Made by a program: the position numbers and the translations under genes
Shown: in pieces, positions 53,064-64,000 of the stretch
Numbering within the stretch: the first letter of the stretch is position 1
How the letters are laid out: each line of letters opens with the position of its first letter
The notes under the pieces: generated by a model
What the model saw: only the letters and a program-made list of their open reading frames with translations
The model's database searches: none
What the model was told of the DNA's origin: nothing
Origin: Octopus vulgaris
Lineage: Eukaryota
Length of the DNA: 64,000 nt
Assembly: GCA_951406725.2 (NCBI GenBank)
Contig: OX597824.1
Coordinates: 62,682,001 to 62,746,000, forward strand
Direction: 5' to 3'

Positions 53064-53377
53064 GAAAAATTTTATTTAATGTTTTTGTATAGAAAACCTA
53101 CAACAGTAGAACTCTCACACTTTCGAATCCACGAGTATTTCTAGCAGAGATTTTATGAGTTTCCATTTCCGCTGTTTTACTTTCAAAGGCTAGCCGACAT
53201 GCTGTCGTGGCTGAATAAAATTTTCCGTCAGTTGTTTATTTCTAAGGATTTCAAGCTAAATCGACTTCTCAAACTTCATTACAATGTTTTACAGCTCTAT
53301 ATTTTGAAGAAATTTTAATCAGCCGTACAATTGTGCCAATCATTTCAAACTCATTTTATTATGAGAATACTTTCCAA

Positions 53378-53772
53378 GGTGGCGAGCTGGCAGAAACGTT
53401 AGCACGCCAGGCGAAATGCGTAGCTGTATTTCGTCTGCCGTTACGTCCTGAGTTCAAATTCTTCCGAGGTCGACTTTGCCTTTCAACCTTTCGGGGTCAA
53501 TAAATTAAGTACCAGTTACGCACTGCGGTCAATGTAATGTACTTAATCCGTTTTTCTGTCCATGTTTGTCCTCTCTGTGTTTAGCCCCTTGCGGGTACTA
53601 AAGAAATAGGTGTTTCGTCTGCAGCTACATTCTGAGTTCAAATTCCGCCGAGGTCGACTTTCAGCCTTTCGGATCAGCAAATGAAGTACCAGTGAAACAC
53701 TGGGGTCGATTTAATTGACTGCTCCTCCTCGCCAAAATTTCAGGCCTTTCGCCTCTAGTAGAAAGGATTATT
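53378..53772 (+). mobile_element. Dimeric SINE family A with 14-bp TSD
   Basis: TSD agaatactttccaa at 53364-53377 and 53773-53786. Two cores. An older copy follows at ~53790-53930. Confidence 0.9.
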
Positions 53773-54004
53773 AGAATACTTTCCAAATGCAGCGATCTTG
53801 GTAGAATCGTTACCACGCCGCGCAAAATGATTACCCTCATCTCATTCGTCTTTACTTCTGAGTTCAAATTCCACCGCGGCCGATATTGCTTTGTATACTT
53901 TCGGATTCGATAAAATAAGCATCAGTTGACAACTAATATCTAAATATCTTTGTAATTTCCAGAAACAGAAATCCCCGGGTTAAACTGTATCGTGTTTTTA
54001 TTAT

Positions 54005-54370
54005 CTTTTATCAGCTACGTGTTTCAAGCATGAGACTGCGGCCACCTAGGGCACCACCTTCAGAAGATTTTTGTCGAACAAATCGTCATCGATACATTTT
54101 TTCTAAAGCCTGGTATTTATCCTAGCGTTCTCATTTGTCGAACCGCCAGGTTGTGGGGAAGAAAACAAATCGATACATTTGATCAAGCGGTAATGGGGGA
54201 CAAACCAACACAAATACACATGCGCGCGCATACACCCGTACGCATTTACACAAACACACACACACACATATATATATAAGATGGGCTTCTTTCAGTTTCC
54301 GTCTATCAGATCCACCTAGGAGGATTTGGTCGGCCAGAGGCTGTGGCAGAAAACACTTGCGCATGGTGTA
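54005..54370 (-). mobile_element. SINE family B, diverged
   Basis: gggcttctttcagtttccgtcta...ttggtcggcc.gaggct...aaacacttgc. Confidence 0.7.
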
Positions 54371-55471
54371 ACCGGTAACTGCCAACCAACGGCTGTATTT
54401 TGTTTTTCAAATCCGCACGTAACCTTGCTATACTTAACATAGGGAGCATTAGATATGCTACCAGTCATGTAATTGTATTGTATCACAAACTCCTTGACTC
54501 CATGTTTTCATCTTTTAAACACCAATAACAGCTTGAACACGTAGGACTGACGCAGAGCAATCAACTCGTAGATTTTCTTTAAATCAAACTTCAATATCTT
54601 TCCGAAGAAAGTACACATTGCATTCTTTTGTCTCCCGTAGAATTATGTCTTGGAAACAATAGAAGATGGATGCAAATAGGAAGAGTCGTTCACGGATTTT
54701 AACACTTTCTGAGCTAACTTAAAGTTAAACAAGCAGCATCACCGATAACGATAGCAACCACCGACAACACCACCAGCACCAACAACATCGATAACAGCAA
54801 CGATAAAAAACACCTTGGGGCATTTTTCATATTGCTATCCAAAGCACAATGTTTTAAATAACAGCAGTATATATTGTAGCATATGATAATCGTCATATAC
54901 ACTGTGAAATATTTTGACTTGTAACGTCTTTCCAATATGTATTAAACATTGAGGCTTTGCATTAGAAGTGATTCTAATCTTATTGAGCATTATTTTTTTA
55001 TTAAATGAATATTATCAGAAAATTGCTGAAGACTGTATCGTTTGAACAGCGTGAATCAAAATATGATCTGAATTCTTTTCCTTATTAGCCTTTTAGAAGT
55101 TGATCTGTGTGTTGGGGTGCGTGTGTATGTATGAATCTATATATCATATATGTGTGTTGTTTTTAAACACATGGAAATGAATAACGTACTTATTAGGCGA
55201 ATTCCTCTCTGAAGCCTTATGTCGTGATAAATAGATTAGGGATAAAATGGATTCCGCTAGCACAATATAAATTACATGTTGAATATCGAATTTTGTTCAC
55301 TGATTTTTCATGCGATTATATTTAACATTCTATTTGATATGGTTCAAGGATTTATCTTTTTCTATATAAATGTCTCTGTGTTGGATTGTAGTAATTCATA
55401 TGCTGATTGTTAACAGGAACGCTAATATAAACACATACAAATAAATTATATATATATGTCATTTATATATG

Positions 55472-55523
<52 letters not shown>

Positions 55524-55668
55524 GTTAGATAAATGGATAATAGATCAATACATACATTTAGATATATACATATATGTGTGTATGGTATGTATGTGTGTAT
55601 CAATTTGTGGATGTGTATGAGTATACAATCTGGTTGGTGAAATTTGCGTAGTCCAGGAATATATTGTA

Positions 55669-56250
55669 TACTAGGCTTGATCGATAAGTACCCGCACTGT
55701 TACCATAGTAACGAAGTTAAAGAACCTAGAATGAAGCTGCTTCGTACAGATTGATCCTGGACGTTGATGTATGAGAACACTAAGTTTTAATGTTCTAGCT
55801 CACTTCCACAGTTTACAGATCGTCGTATTGACCATAACTGAGAAAGTTGTTATGGCGATTCCTGCTCAAAGGTCTACGCAAAGTTGTAGAGAATGTTTAG
55901 AGAGGAGTGTATGAACAGCACATATGAGTACGAGGGGTTCAGACAAAAAATGGCGATAGTGACGGACGTTCTGGGAGATCCGCAACCAGCAGAACTGAGA
56001 AAAACATTGCACATGTGCATGTAGTTCTGAGAGGAAATCGTCGAATCTCCATCTATGAGTTATCAGACGGTATGCAGGTTAGTGACGTTTCAGTTCAGTT
56101 CATTATCACAGAATAATTGGGTATGAGACGCATGTCTGCCAGTTTGTGCCAAAACTGATTTCAGCTCACCAATAAGACACTGGGGTTTCAATTGCACAAG
56201 ATCCCCTTCATTACGTCATGAACGATGAAAAACATTTGAAAAGTTTGCGT
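55669..56250 (+). mobile_element. 5' half of degraded mariner
   Basis: TIR-like tactaggcttgatcgataagtaccc. DGRSGRSATSRTEKNIAHVHVVLRGNRRISIYELS...LGMRRMSA.FVPKLI (HTH and WVPHEL-like motif). Confidence 0.75.
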
Positions 56251-56564
56251 AAGCCTCTGCGCAGATATCGCCAAGCGTTTGGCAAACTTTTATGCAGATT
56301 CTGTGCTCAACTTTCACTGTCATAGTCATTGCGACGATCACACGCTACAAATCTTCATTCCAAGCACTGCTGTAATGAGCGGAAATAATGTAGAAGGTGA
56401 AAATTTAGTGCTCATGCACAGCAGAGTACTAAGTCAATCTCTGTCGAGCGGCTTTACACTGCGTGAAAATGCATACACAGACATACACAAACAAATGCAC
56501 ACACACGCACACACACACACATACACACACACATAAACACACACATATATATATATATATAATA

Positions 56565-56838
<274 letters not shown>

Positions 56839-59800
56839 GACTGGTATTCCATCGGGTACGACGTCGAGGTTTCTAATTGATTCGATCAAGGGAACAGCCT
56901 GTACGTGAAATTAACGTGCAAGTGACTGAGCAATCTAGGGACACTATAATTGTATGTATGTATGTACGCATATATACGAGTGAGAGTGAGAACTATAGAT
57001 AAAAAGATTTGGTAGATGCATACATTAATACAGAGATACATATAGAAATACATACCCACACACAGATATACATACGCATACAGTAATATTTGCAAATATG
57101 CATATATACATACATACATACATACATACATACATACATACATACATACATACATAGAAAAATGTGAACATTTATTCAAGGAAGTTCTATGCAAAACATC
57201 GACGAAAATCCAGTCCGTCACTATTGCTATTGTATACTGGAGTTCTTGCCTGATTTAACAGGTTTGTGAAGAGAGACGTTACTGCTGTGAATGTTCAGAT
57301 CTCGAACAATGAGCTGTGACCATTACTTGAGGCAAAACCGATAAGAAATTACTCGTGTTGAAAAGTTTGATATACGTTGTTTGGTTGATCACCTAGGAGA
57401 CCACTAGATAATTTCCGACTATGTTCTATAGAAATGCCACCAACTGTTTTATCAAAAAGACAAACCGTTTTTCACAACAGAATGTTTCAGTGAGAGGCGG
57501 GATGTTTCATTTTGATTTGAACATCACTAAAATCGACGGAATTTGATTTTACAATTCATTTTTAACTTTTGACGACAGAAAAAAATTTCATTTTAATATC
57601 ACTGAAAAAAGAGGTAATATTTATCCCCACTTAAACGTCAATTTTCTATTAGAACAATCTATACTGCAGTAGATACCAAGAGAGAAACGCTCGTGTTGTT
57701 TTTTGTAATAAAGTGCAGGCTCCTTATATATTCCCGCAACCTCCATCATCCTGATCACCAGATTATCCGGTTTACACCTCCTTTGCCTTGTCACTGATGG
57801 ACGCTCGACAGCTAGACATGACAATGACTTATCTCGAGGCCAGACCAGAATAAGTGCCAGAACACGCGCTGTTACAAAATGCACCGGAGGGAGATGAGAA
57901 TTATCTGACCGCTACCGATATAAAGAAGTGTATATTTTACACTAAAAGCTAATATGTGTCTTCTCTCGTGGAACTTGTTGCAGTATAGCTCATTCTGGCA
58001 GAACATCCGCATTTACGTGTGGATTAATATTACCTTTCACTATTAATACTGCCTTTATCGCTAATATATATTTATAGCAAACTCACTGTTTAAGCACGAC
58101 ACCAGAGCCCGTTCTGTCACAGTTATTCTATATATCGTTGGGGTGGGGTGCTAAGTTGCTGCTCTCTCTAGCGTCCGAGCCTCTATCATTGACAAAACCA
58201 AGGAAGGTTGAAATCACGTGATATGTTGCTCTAGGTACCGGAGATGACGGGTATTTATTTTGCCGCTAGTGATATAAACGAGTGCATTTTGCACCAAAAT
58301 CTAATATGAGATTTTCTCTCATGGCATCTACCGCAGTATAGGTTGTTCAAAGTGACCGCCCGCGTTTATGTGGAAATAAATATGACTTCTCGGTATTCGT
58401 ACTGTTTCTGTCACTAATATATATTTTTCAACAAGATCACATAAAATAACCACAAATAGAAGGAAAATTCATATGCGCAGGAGTCTGTTATTGCGCTACG
58501 AAACACTACTTTAAATTACGTACACCTCATAATAACTGTTATTATGAGGTATTGTTCATTCACAAACCAACCTGTTTTCAGCAGTGCCAGATATTTTTAA
58601 TTCTGTTGGCTTTTATCTGAAGACATACAAGATGAATAGACTTCAGAATTTACTGCAATAAAAATGACAAGGATTACATGCATCAATAGTATAATTAACA
58701 GTTCTGGCTCCAAAAGTTCACAGAACTGAAGAAGTTTGGTACTTCAGCTTTGAAACTCAGAAACAAAGAATATTTCATATGTCACTTGGATTTCTGAAGT
58801 GGATTCAAATTTATAGAAACGGAAGAATTTGGAAATGTAAACGAGATACAAACCTATGTCATTTCAATTTTTCTTATCAAGGCACTATTGTTAGTTTATT
58901 TAAATATGAATTATTTTTACGGATAACGATATGTGTTGGATTTTATAAAATATACAGGGACGGGTGAGAGGAATTCTATAAGTGTTTGTAAGTAATTGCA
59001 TAAGAGATGGACAACAATTGATAGCAGGTGTTTTGAAAACTATTTCAATAAATGGCGTGTTCGTATCTCTAGTTGATAATGTACATTGCTGAAGACACTG
59101 ACACAAAATAGACTATGCAAATCTTATAGCATCATTATTCAAACATCTCCTTAAAGCTCTATTTTCTTTTGTAAATATTCCAGATACTAGTACTTCATCG
59201 AAAGGAATTCTAATGCACATCACTTGTAATTTAAAACTAAACAATAATACTGTATGTTGTGTAAAGTTAACAACGATAGGTTACTTACATATCCGAACTA
59301 TCGAATCGACTCAATATATTCACATTTCTTACAGAATAATAAATATTCTCATAGATATTTCATCCCTCGCCTTTCGTTTATGGAATATCACTTATAAAGT
59401 TTCGAACTTCTGAGAATACCATGTAGTGAGTAATAAATAAAGATGTAAAGTGCATTACTTTTGCAAATTAATATCTGTATGTTGATGCGTTATTAAAATA
59501 CCCGTTTGCGCACGTATAAAGACATATTTGTGTAAGAAGCTTTAAATTCAACAATAAATTAATAAACAATCGTTTAATTCAGTTATGTTTAGCTTGAGTT
59601 ACTGTGAATATATATGGTGCTTCTTCAATATAATTTGTTACTGCTTAGTTGATATAAAAGAATGAAAGTATTTAAAAGTGTACAATAGTAACAGTTAAAT
59701 ATTAAATATGTTAGACATTTATAATAGATACATAGCATAAATATTTTATGTTTTCAGTGGAGACATATTAAATTTTGTAAACGCTAAGCTATTAGCAAAA

Positions 59801-60036
59801 TGGAGAGAGCATCCAGCAAAATTCTTTCTGTTATGCTATTACATAATTTTTCATTCTCAGTTTATTTTCAAGAGAGGTCCGCTTTTAGTCAACATGCGTT
59901 GACTGTTAACAGAATATGTTACCGGTCGCATACTCGGTTGAGTTTATCTACGGAAGATGATTTTAATATGTCCATCAATCAAAGTACTACTTATTTCACT
60001 TCTAATGATCATCCTTATCATCATCAACGTCATTGT

Positions 60037-60148
60037 CATTATTATTATTATTATTGTTATTATTATTACTATTATTATTATTATTAGTAGTAGTAGTAGT
60101 AGTAGCAGCAGCATCAGCAGCAGTAGTAGTAGTAGTAGTAGTAGTAGT

Positions 60149-60239
<91 letters not shown>

Positions 60240-60246
60240 TTACCAT
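60037..60246 (+). repeat. Compound (TAT)n-(TAG)n-(CAG)n microsatellite
   Basis: Direct reading. Confidence 0.95.
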
Positions 60247-61978
60247 TATGATTGTTATTCAGTGGTCTTATCTTAATTACGTGATTTCACTGCACTACCG
60301 AGAGCATCTGTGGGCCTTGGGTTTGTTTTGTAATTTGTTGTGATGCTCTTGTTTTTACTGTACAGAAAGTGTTTTGCGCAAAATGTGTGCGACGCAATGT
60401 AATGCTATTTTCTGTATGTTATATATACTTGTTAGTTCTGATGTTTTGTAATGTATTTGTCTGAATGTTTTTTTTATCATGCCTAATGCGCCTAATATGA
60501 TAGGAATTGGTTCTGCTTTTAGATTATACATTCGAGTTATCTCTTTTTCCAGATCTTTGTATTTTGAAAGTTTCTCCGTTTCTTTTAGAGAAACATTGTT
60601 ATCTGTTGGTACTGATGCATCGATTAGAAAGCATTTTTCCTTGGTGATCTTTGACAACTATATCTGTCGTATTAGCTTTTATTTCTCTATCTGCGTGTAT
60701 TGGCATATCCCATATTATGGTTGCTTTCTCATTTTCTGTGACCATTTTGGGGTGCGCTTATACCATATTTGTCTGTAGTTATTTCATAGTGTTGGCATAG
60801 CTTCCAGTGTATATAGGTCTCAGCTCTGTCGTGTCTGTGAATATATTCCTTCTTAGCCAGGATTTGGAAACCAGAGTCAATATGATGTATTGCTTCTTCG
60901 CCATCTCCACATATTCAGCAGTTATTTGTTGTATTTCTATTCATTACATGTTTTTGTTGATTTCTAGCGAGAAGTCTTTGATTTTCTGCCGCAATTAAAA
61001 ATCCTTCAGTCTCTTCTTTGAGTCCTGAGCTTCTCAGTCACTGTTAGGATTTTGCTTTGTCTATATCTTTTCTGTTCACTTAAATCCAGTATTTGCCATG
61101 GACGGACTTTTACTGCCATCGTTTCATCATATGTTGCTGTTCCAGTCTTAGTTTGGGTTTCACTTTTTTTACAGCGTTTGTTTCTCCTTTCTCTTCATAC
61201 TTGTTAGGTAGTATGACTTCTTTTTTGTATTTGTCAGCTTCCTTAAAGACTGCAAAGAGAGTTTTGTTTTGTTTCGTGTTTTGTGGCTATTTGAATCAGC
61301 TTTCCTTGCTTCTGAAGTAGGTATTTTTGTGGTTCTATGGTGGTTATTTTGTAAAAGTTTTCTACCTGTATAAGGCCTTCGATACGTTGTATATATAACC
61401 TTTCTATGTCAGATATTGGGTGCTGTATCCTTAATCCTGTCATTATTTTATTTTTTGTTTTCCTGTCTATTTTCATTAATTCATTTAGAGTCCAGTTAAG
61501 AATATTGTAGCTGTAACTTATAACTGGGACGGCTAGAGTGTTGATACGTATAATCTTATTTGTCGCATTGAGCTCTGTTTTCAGTATTAATATTTAACTC
61601 GTCTATAGTCTTTGTCTTATTTTCTCTTTCATTTGTGTGTGTTCTATCGTATATAGTTCATTCGTTCCTAAGTAGTTATGTGTCTGGCTTTAGTCTAATT
61701 CTCTTATTTTATTTGTATAATCCAGTGTGATTTTGCTACACTTAACTAGTTTTCCTCATTTCAATGTTGATTCGGCACATTTTTCTAAGCCAAATTTCAC
61801 ATTTATTTCTTTGGTAACTTCATGCATTGTCTGTAGTAATGTTTCCAACTGTTTATCATTTGTAGCGTACAGTTTTTAGATCATCCATATATAAGAGGTA
61901 GCTGATTGTTTTGCCATAACAGTTGTATCCACATCCAGTTCTATTTAGTATGTCAGATAAAGGTGCCAGTGCCAAGCA
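60247..61978 (-). mobile_element. 5'-truncated degraded R4/Dong-like RLE LINE
   Basis: Minus strand ISYLLYMDDLK (RT catalytic motif, ~61875-61907), ISDIERLYIQR.EGLIQVE and KCFLIDASVPTDNNVSLKETEKLSKYKDL...PIILGALG...HILRKTLS. Both ends lie in TAA/TAC-type repeats. Confidence 0.88.
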
Positions 61979-62012
61979 CTGTTATTATTACCACTACTAT
62001 TACTATTACCAA

Positions 62013-62165
62013 GACGGTGAGCTGGCAGAATTGTTAGCATGCCGGGCGAAATGCTTAGTGGCACTTCTGAGTCCGAATTACACGGAAGTCGACTTTGGAG
62101 TAAAACACAAGTCCCCTCCCCCCCAAACTTCAGGCCTTGTACCTCCAGTAGAAAGGATTATTATA
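62013..62165 (+). mobile_element. SINE family A, internally deleted
   Basis: gacggtgagctggcagaattgttagcatgccgggcgaaatgcttag...ttcaggccttgtacctccagtagaaaggattatt. Confidence 0.8.
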
Positions 62166-62399
62166 ACTCTTATTCAAAATTTGGTAGCTTCATGCAAATT
62201 TTTATTGCATCAACTGATACACCACTGTGTTGCTGGGATGTGTGCAGCATTGTGTGTTCTTTTTTGTTGCTGGGGTAGTGCAAATACTTACTGGTATTGA
62301 ATTGCGTCAGTTTGTTATGTTATGAGGTATGGTTGCATTATTTTGTTGTACTAGTGTTTGCATTGTTTTTTGTGTGTGTAGGTCTGTCTCGCGTACAGC

Positions 62400-64000
62400 C
62401 GGGTGAGGGTGATGTTAGCAGGAACAGCAACAAAATCAGCGTCCCCAAAGAAGATCTCAGAAGCTGCAAAGCAGTGGTAGTTACATTATCAGCGACAACA
62501 GCAGTAGCAACAATAGCAGGAATGTTATTGGTGGTTGTGGTAGCAATGACAGCAATAGCAGCGTAAACAGTAGCTGCACTCCTAATAATAATAGCGAGAG
62601 CGAAGTTGAAGGAGACAACATTGGCGGCGTGAATAGCAGCGCTGGTAGTAAAAGCAATAGCAATAACAAAGCCACCAAGAACAATTGCAAAATTTCATTC
62701 GGGGTCGTCTCTGCGGCAAAAGATTTTTTTTCTCTCTCCCTAGATAGTAAAGCCTCAGAACTGATTGCTTTAGTTTGATTTAGAAAACGTGAGGGAAAAT
62801 GGGAAAAGTTTACGCCCACTCGTCAGTAACTCTAGTAACGACACGGACAATTGTGACAGATGCATTAGTTTCAAACCTAGGTGCTGGGATATGGTCATGG
62901 AACTCCATGGTAGAATATTGATCAAGTATCGAAAGTAAGACAGTTTGGCAGGCTCGAAGTCTTATTTAAGACTGACGCCTTGCCAAGCCATAAGCGAAGA
63001 TTTCCTCCTCTTCCCTATGTATTGGGGAAGCAGGGCAATGGAAATTACCATTCAAGATGTGGCACGAGAACCGTGGTGTTCCTTGGTTTACGTGGTTGTT
63101 AAAGGTAGTGAAACTCTCATGGACCTCAAGAGAACCGGAGGTGGAGCTCGACTGGAGGTATTTCTAAATGTAAATCCTGATCAGCAGGTGAGGATCCTCT
63201 ACCTGATCTCCCCGGCGAGTGGAGCAGAGTTACGAATCACTACTGGGAGCAGACAACTGAATTGCCACATCAACAAATGACGGATCACATGCTGGCGTTC
63301 TGCCTAAACAGCAAAAGCAAGAAAAAAGGAAAAAGAAACGAGGGCCCCACCGTTGTCCACACGGCCGCTGCTATGACAACAAAAACAAAAATCAAGTAAA
63401 CGCGGTAAAAACAACAGTGGCTAGTGCAAAACAAGAGAAAATTACATCACTAAAATCCACAACACCATGTATCGCCGTTTGTAGTGGTAGCTTCGTCTTT
63501 GGCGACAGAGGTAGCAGCAGCATCGCCACCGTCCCCACCAATATCAACAAAAGATCGATAGAAAGGACCACACACGGAGTCCTTCAACCCGGCTCTTCCT
63601 AATATCCTTTCTCAAACACACTCACACCTAGATACTCATAGAAATATAGTCTCACCCTAACCGAGAGAGTTTCCACAGACACTGATTCCTCCACATTTCG
63701 AAATGAAGACTTGAAGGATTCCTGCCCCACCAAAAAAAAAAAGAATACAAGGAAGGAGAGAAAAAACGCATTGACTCACACTAACCCTCTCTCAATGAAC
63801 ACGGACACATCAAAAGACAACCCGACCAGCAATACAACCGTGAGCAAAACCATTGCTACCCATACCAGTGCCATCAATACTATTGGAATCCCACGTCGCT
63901 CTAGAAACAAAAGTCGCACTGCAACAGACAGTTACATAAACGCCAGATTTTCTGCTAATGACGAGAGCCAATGAAGAAATGATGGCCCGAAATAAAAACG
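62400..64000 (+). mobile_element. Possible degraded ORF1 (gag-like) region of a LINE
   Basis: GC-richer coding-like stretch with a decayed zinc knuckle (ITTGSRQLNCHI...DHMLAFC, ~63236-63305) followed by Lys/Thr/Ser-rich low-complexity sequence. Confidence 0.35.

Noticed and set aside
58722-58762. CTGAAGA...GAAA hammerhead look-alike
   Set aside because: No consistent stems I/II/III; CTGAAG instead pairs with the downstream CTTCAG.

Overview
AT-rich, microsatellite-dense animal DNA, non-coding or intronic. The SINE families and repeat landscape suggest a cephalopod, probably Octopus (inference). I found no convincing host gene. The window is a nest of transposable elements. The centrepiece is a very young, near-intact Penelope-like retroelement (PLE, Neptune type) at 12661-18606. 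It has two ~1.67-kb near-identical pseudo-LTRs 4274 nt apart, an upstream basic/coiled-coil ORF overlapping the RT + GIY-YIG ORF in the -1 frame at a U7 slippery site, and a CCAAT/TATA promoter plus a minimal type I hammerhead ribozyme (HHR) in each pseudo-LTR. Several other PLE remnants (Neptune- and Naiad-like) share an architecture of an inverted 5' copy, a 3' tail and (TA)n flanks, and carry intact or decayed HHR motifs. Also present are R4/Dong-type RLE LINE fragments in simple repeats, mariner and pogo relics, non-autonomous Helitron/Helentron-like elements, and many tRNA-derived SINEs, some dimeric. All calls come from reading and translating by eye, so boundaries of degraded elements are approximate.
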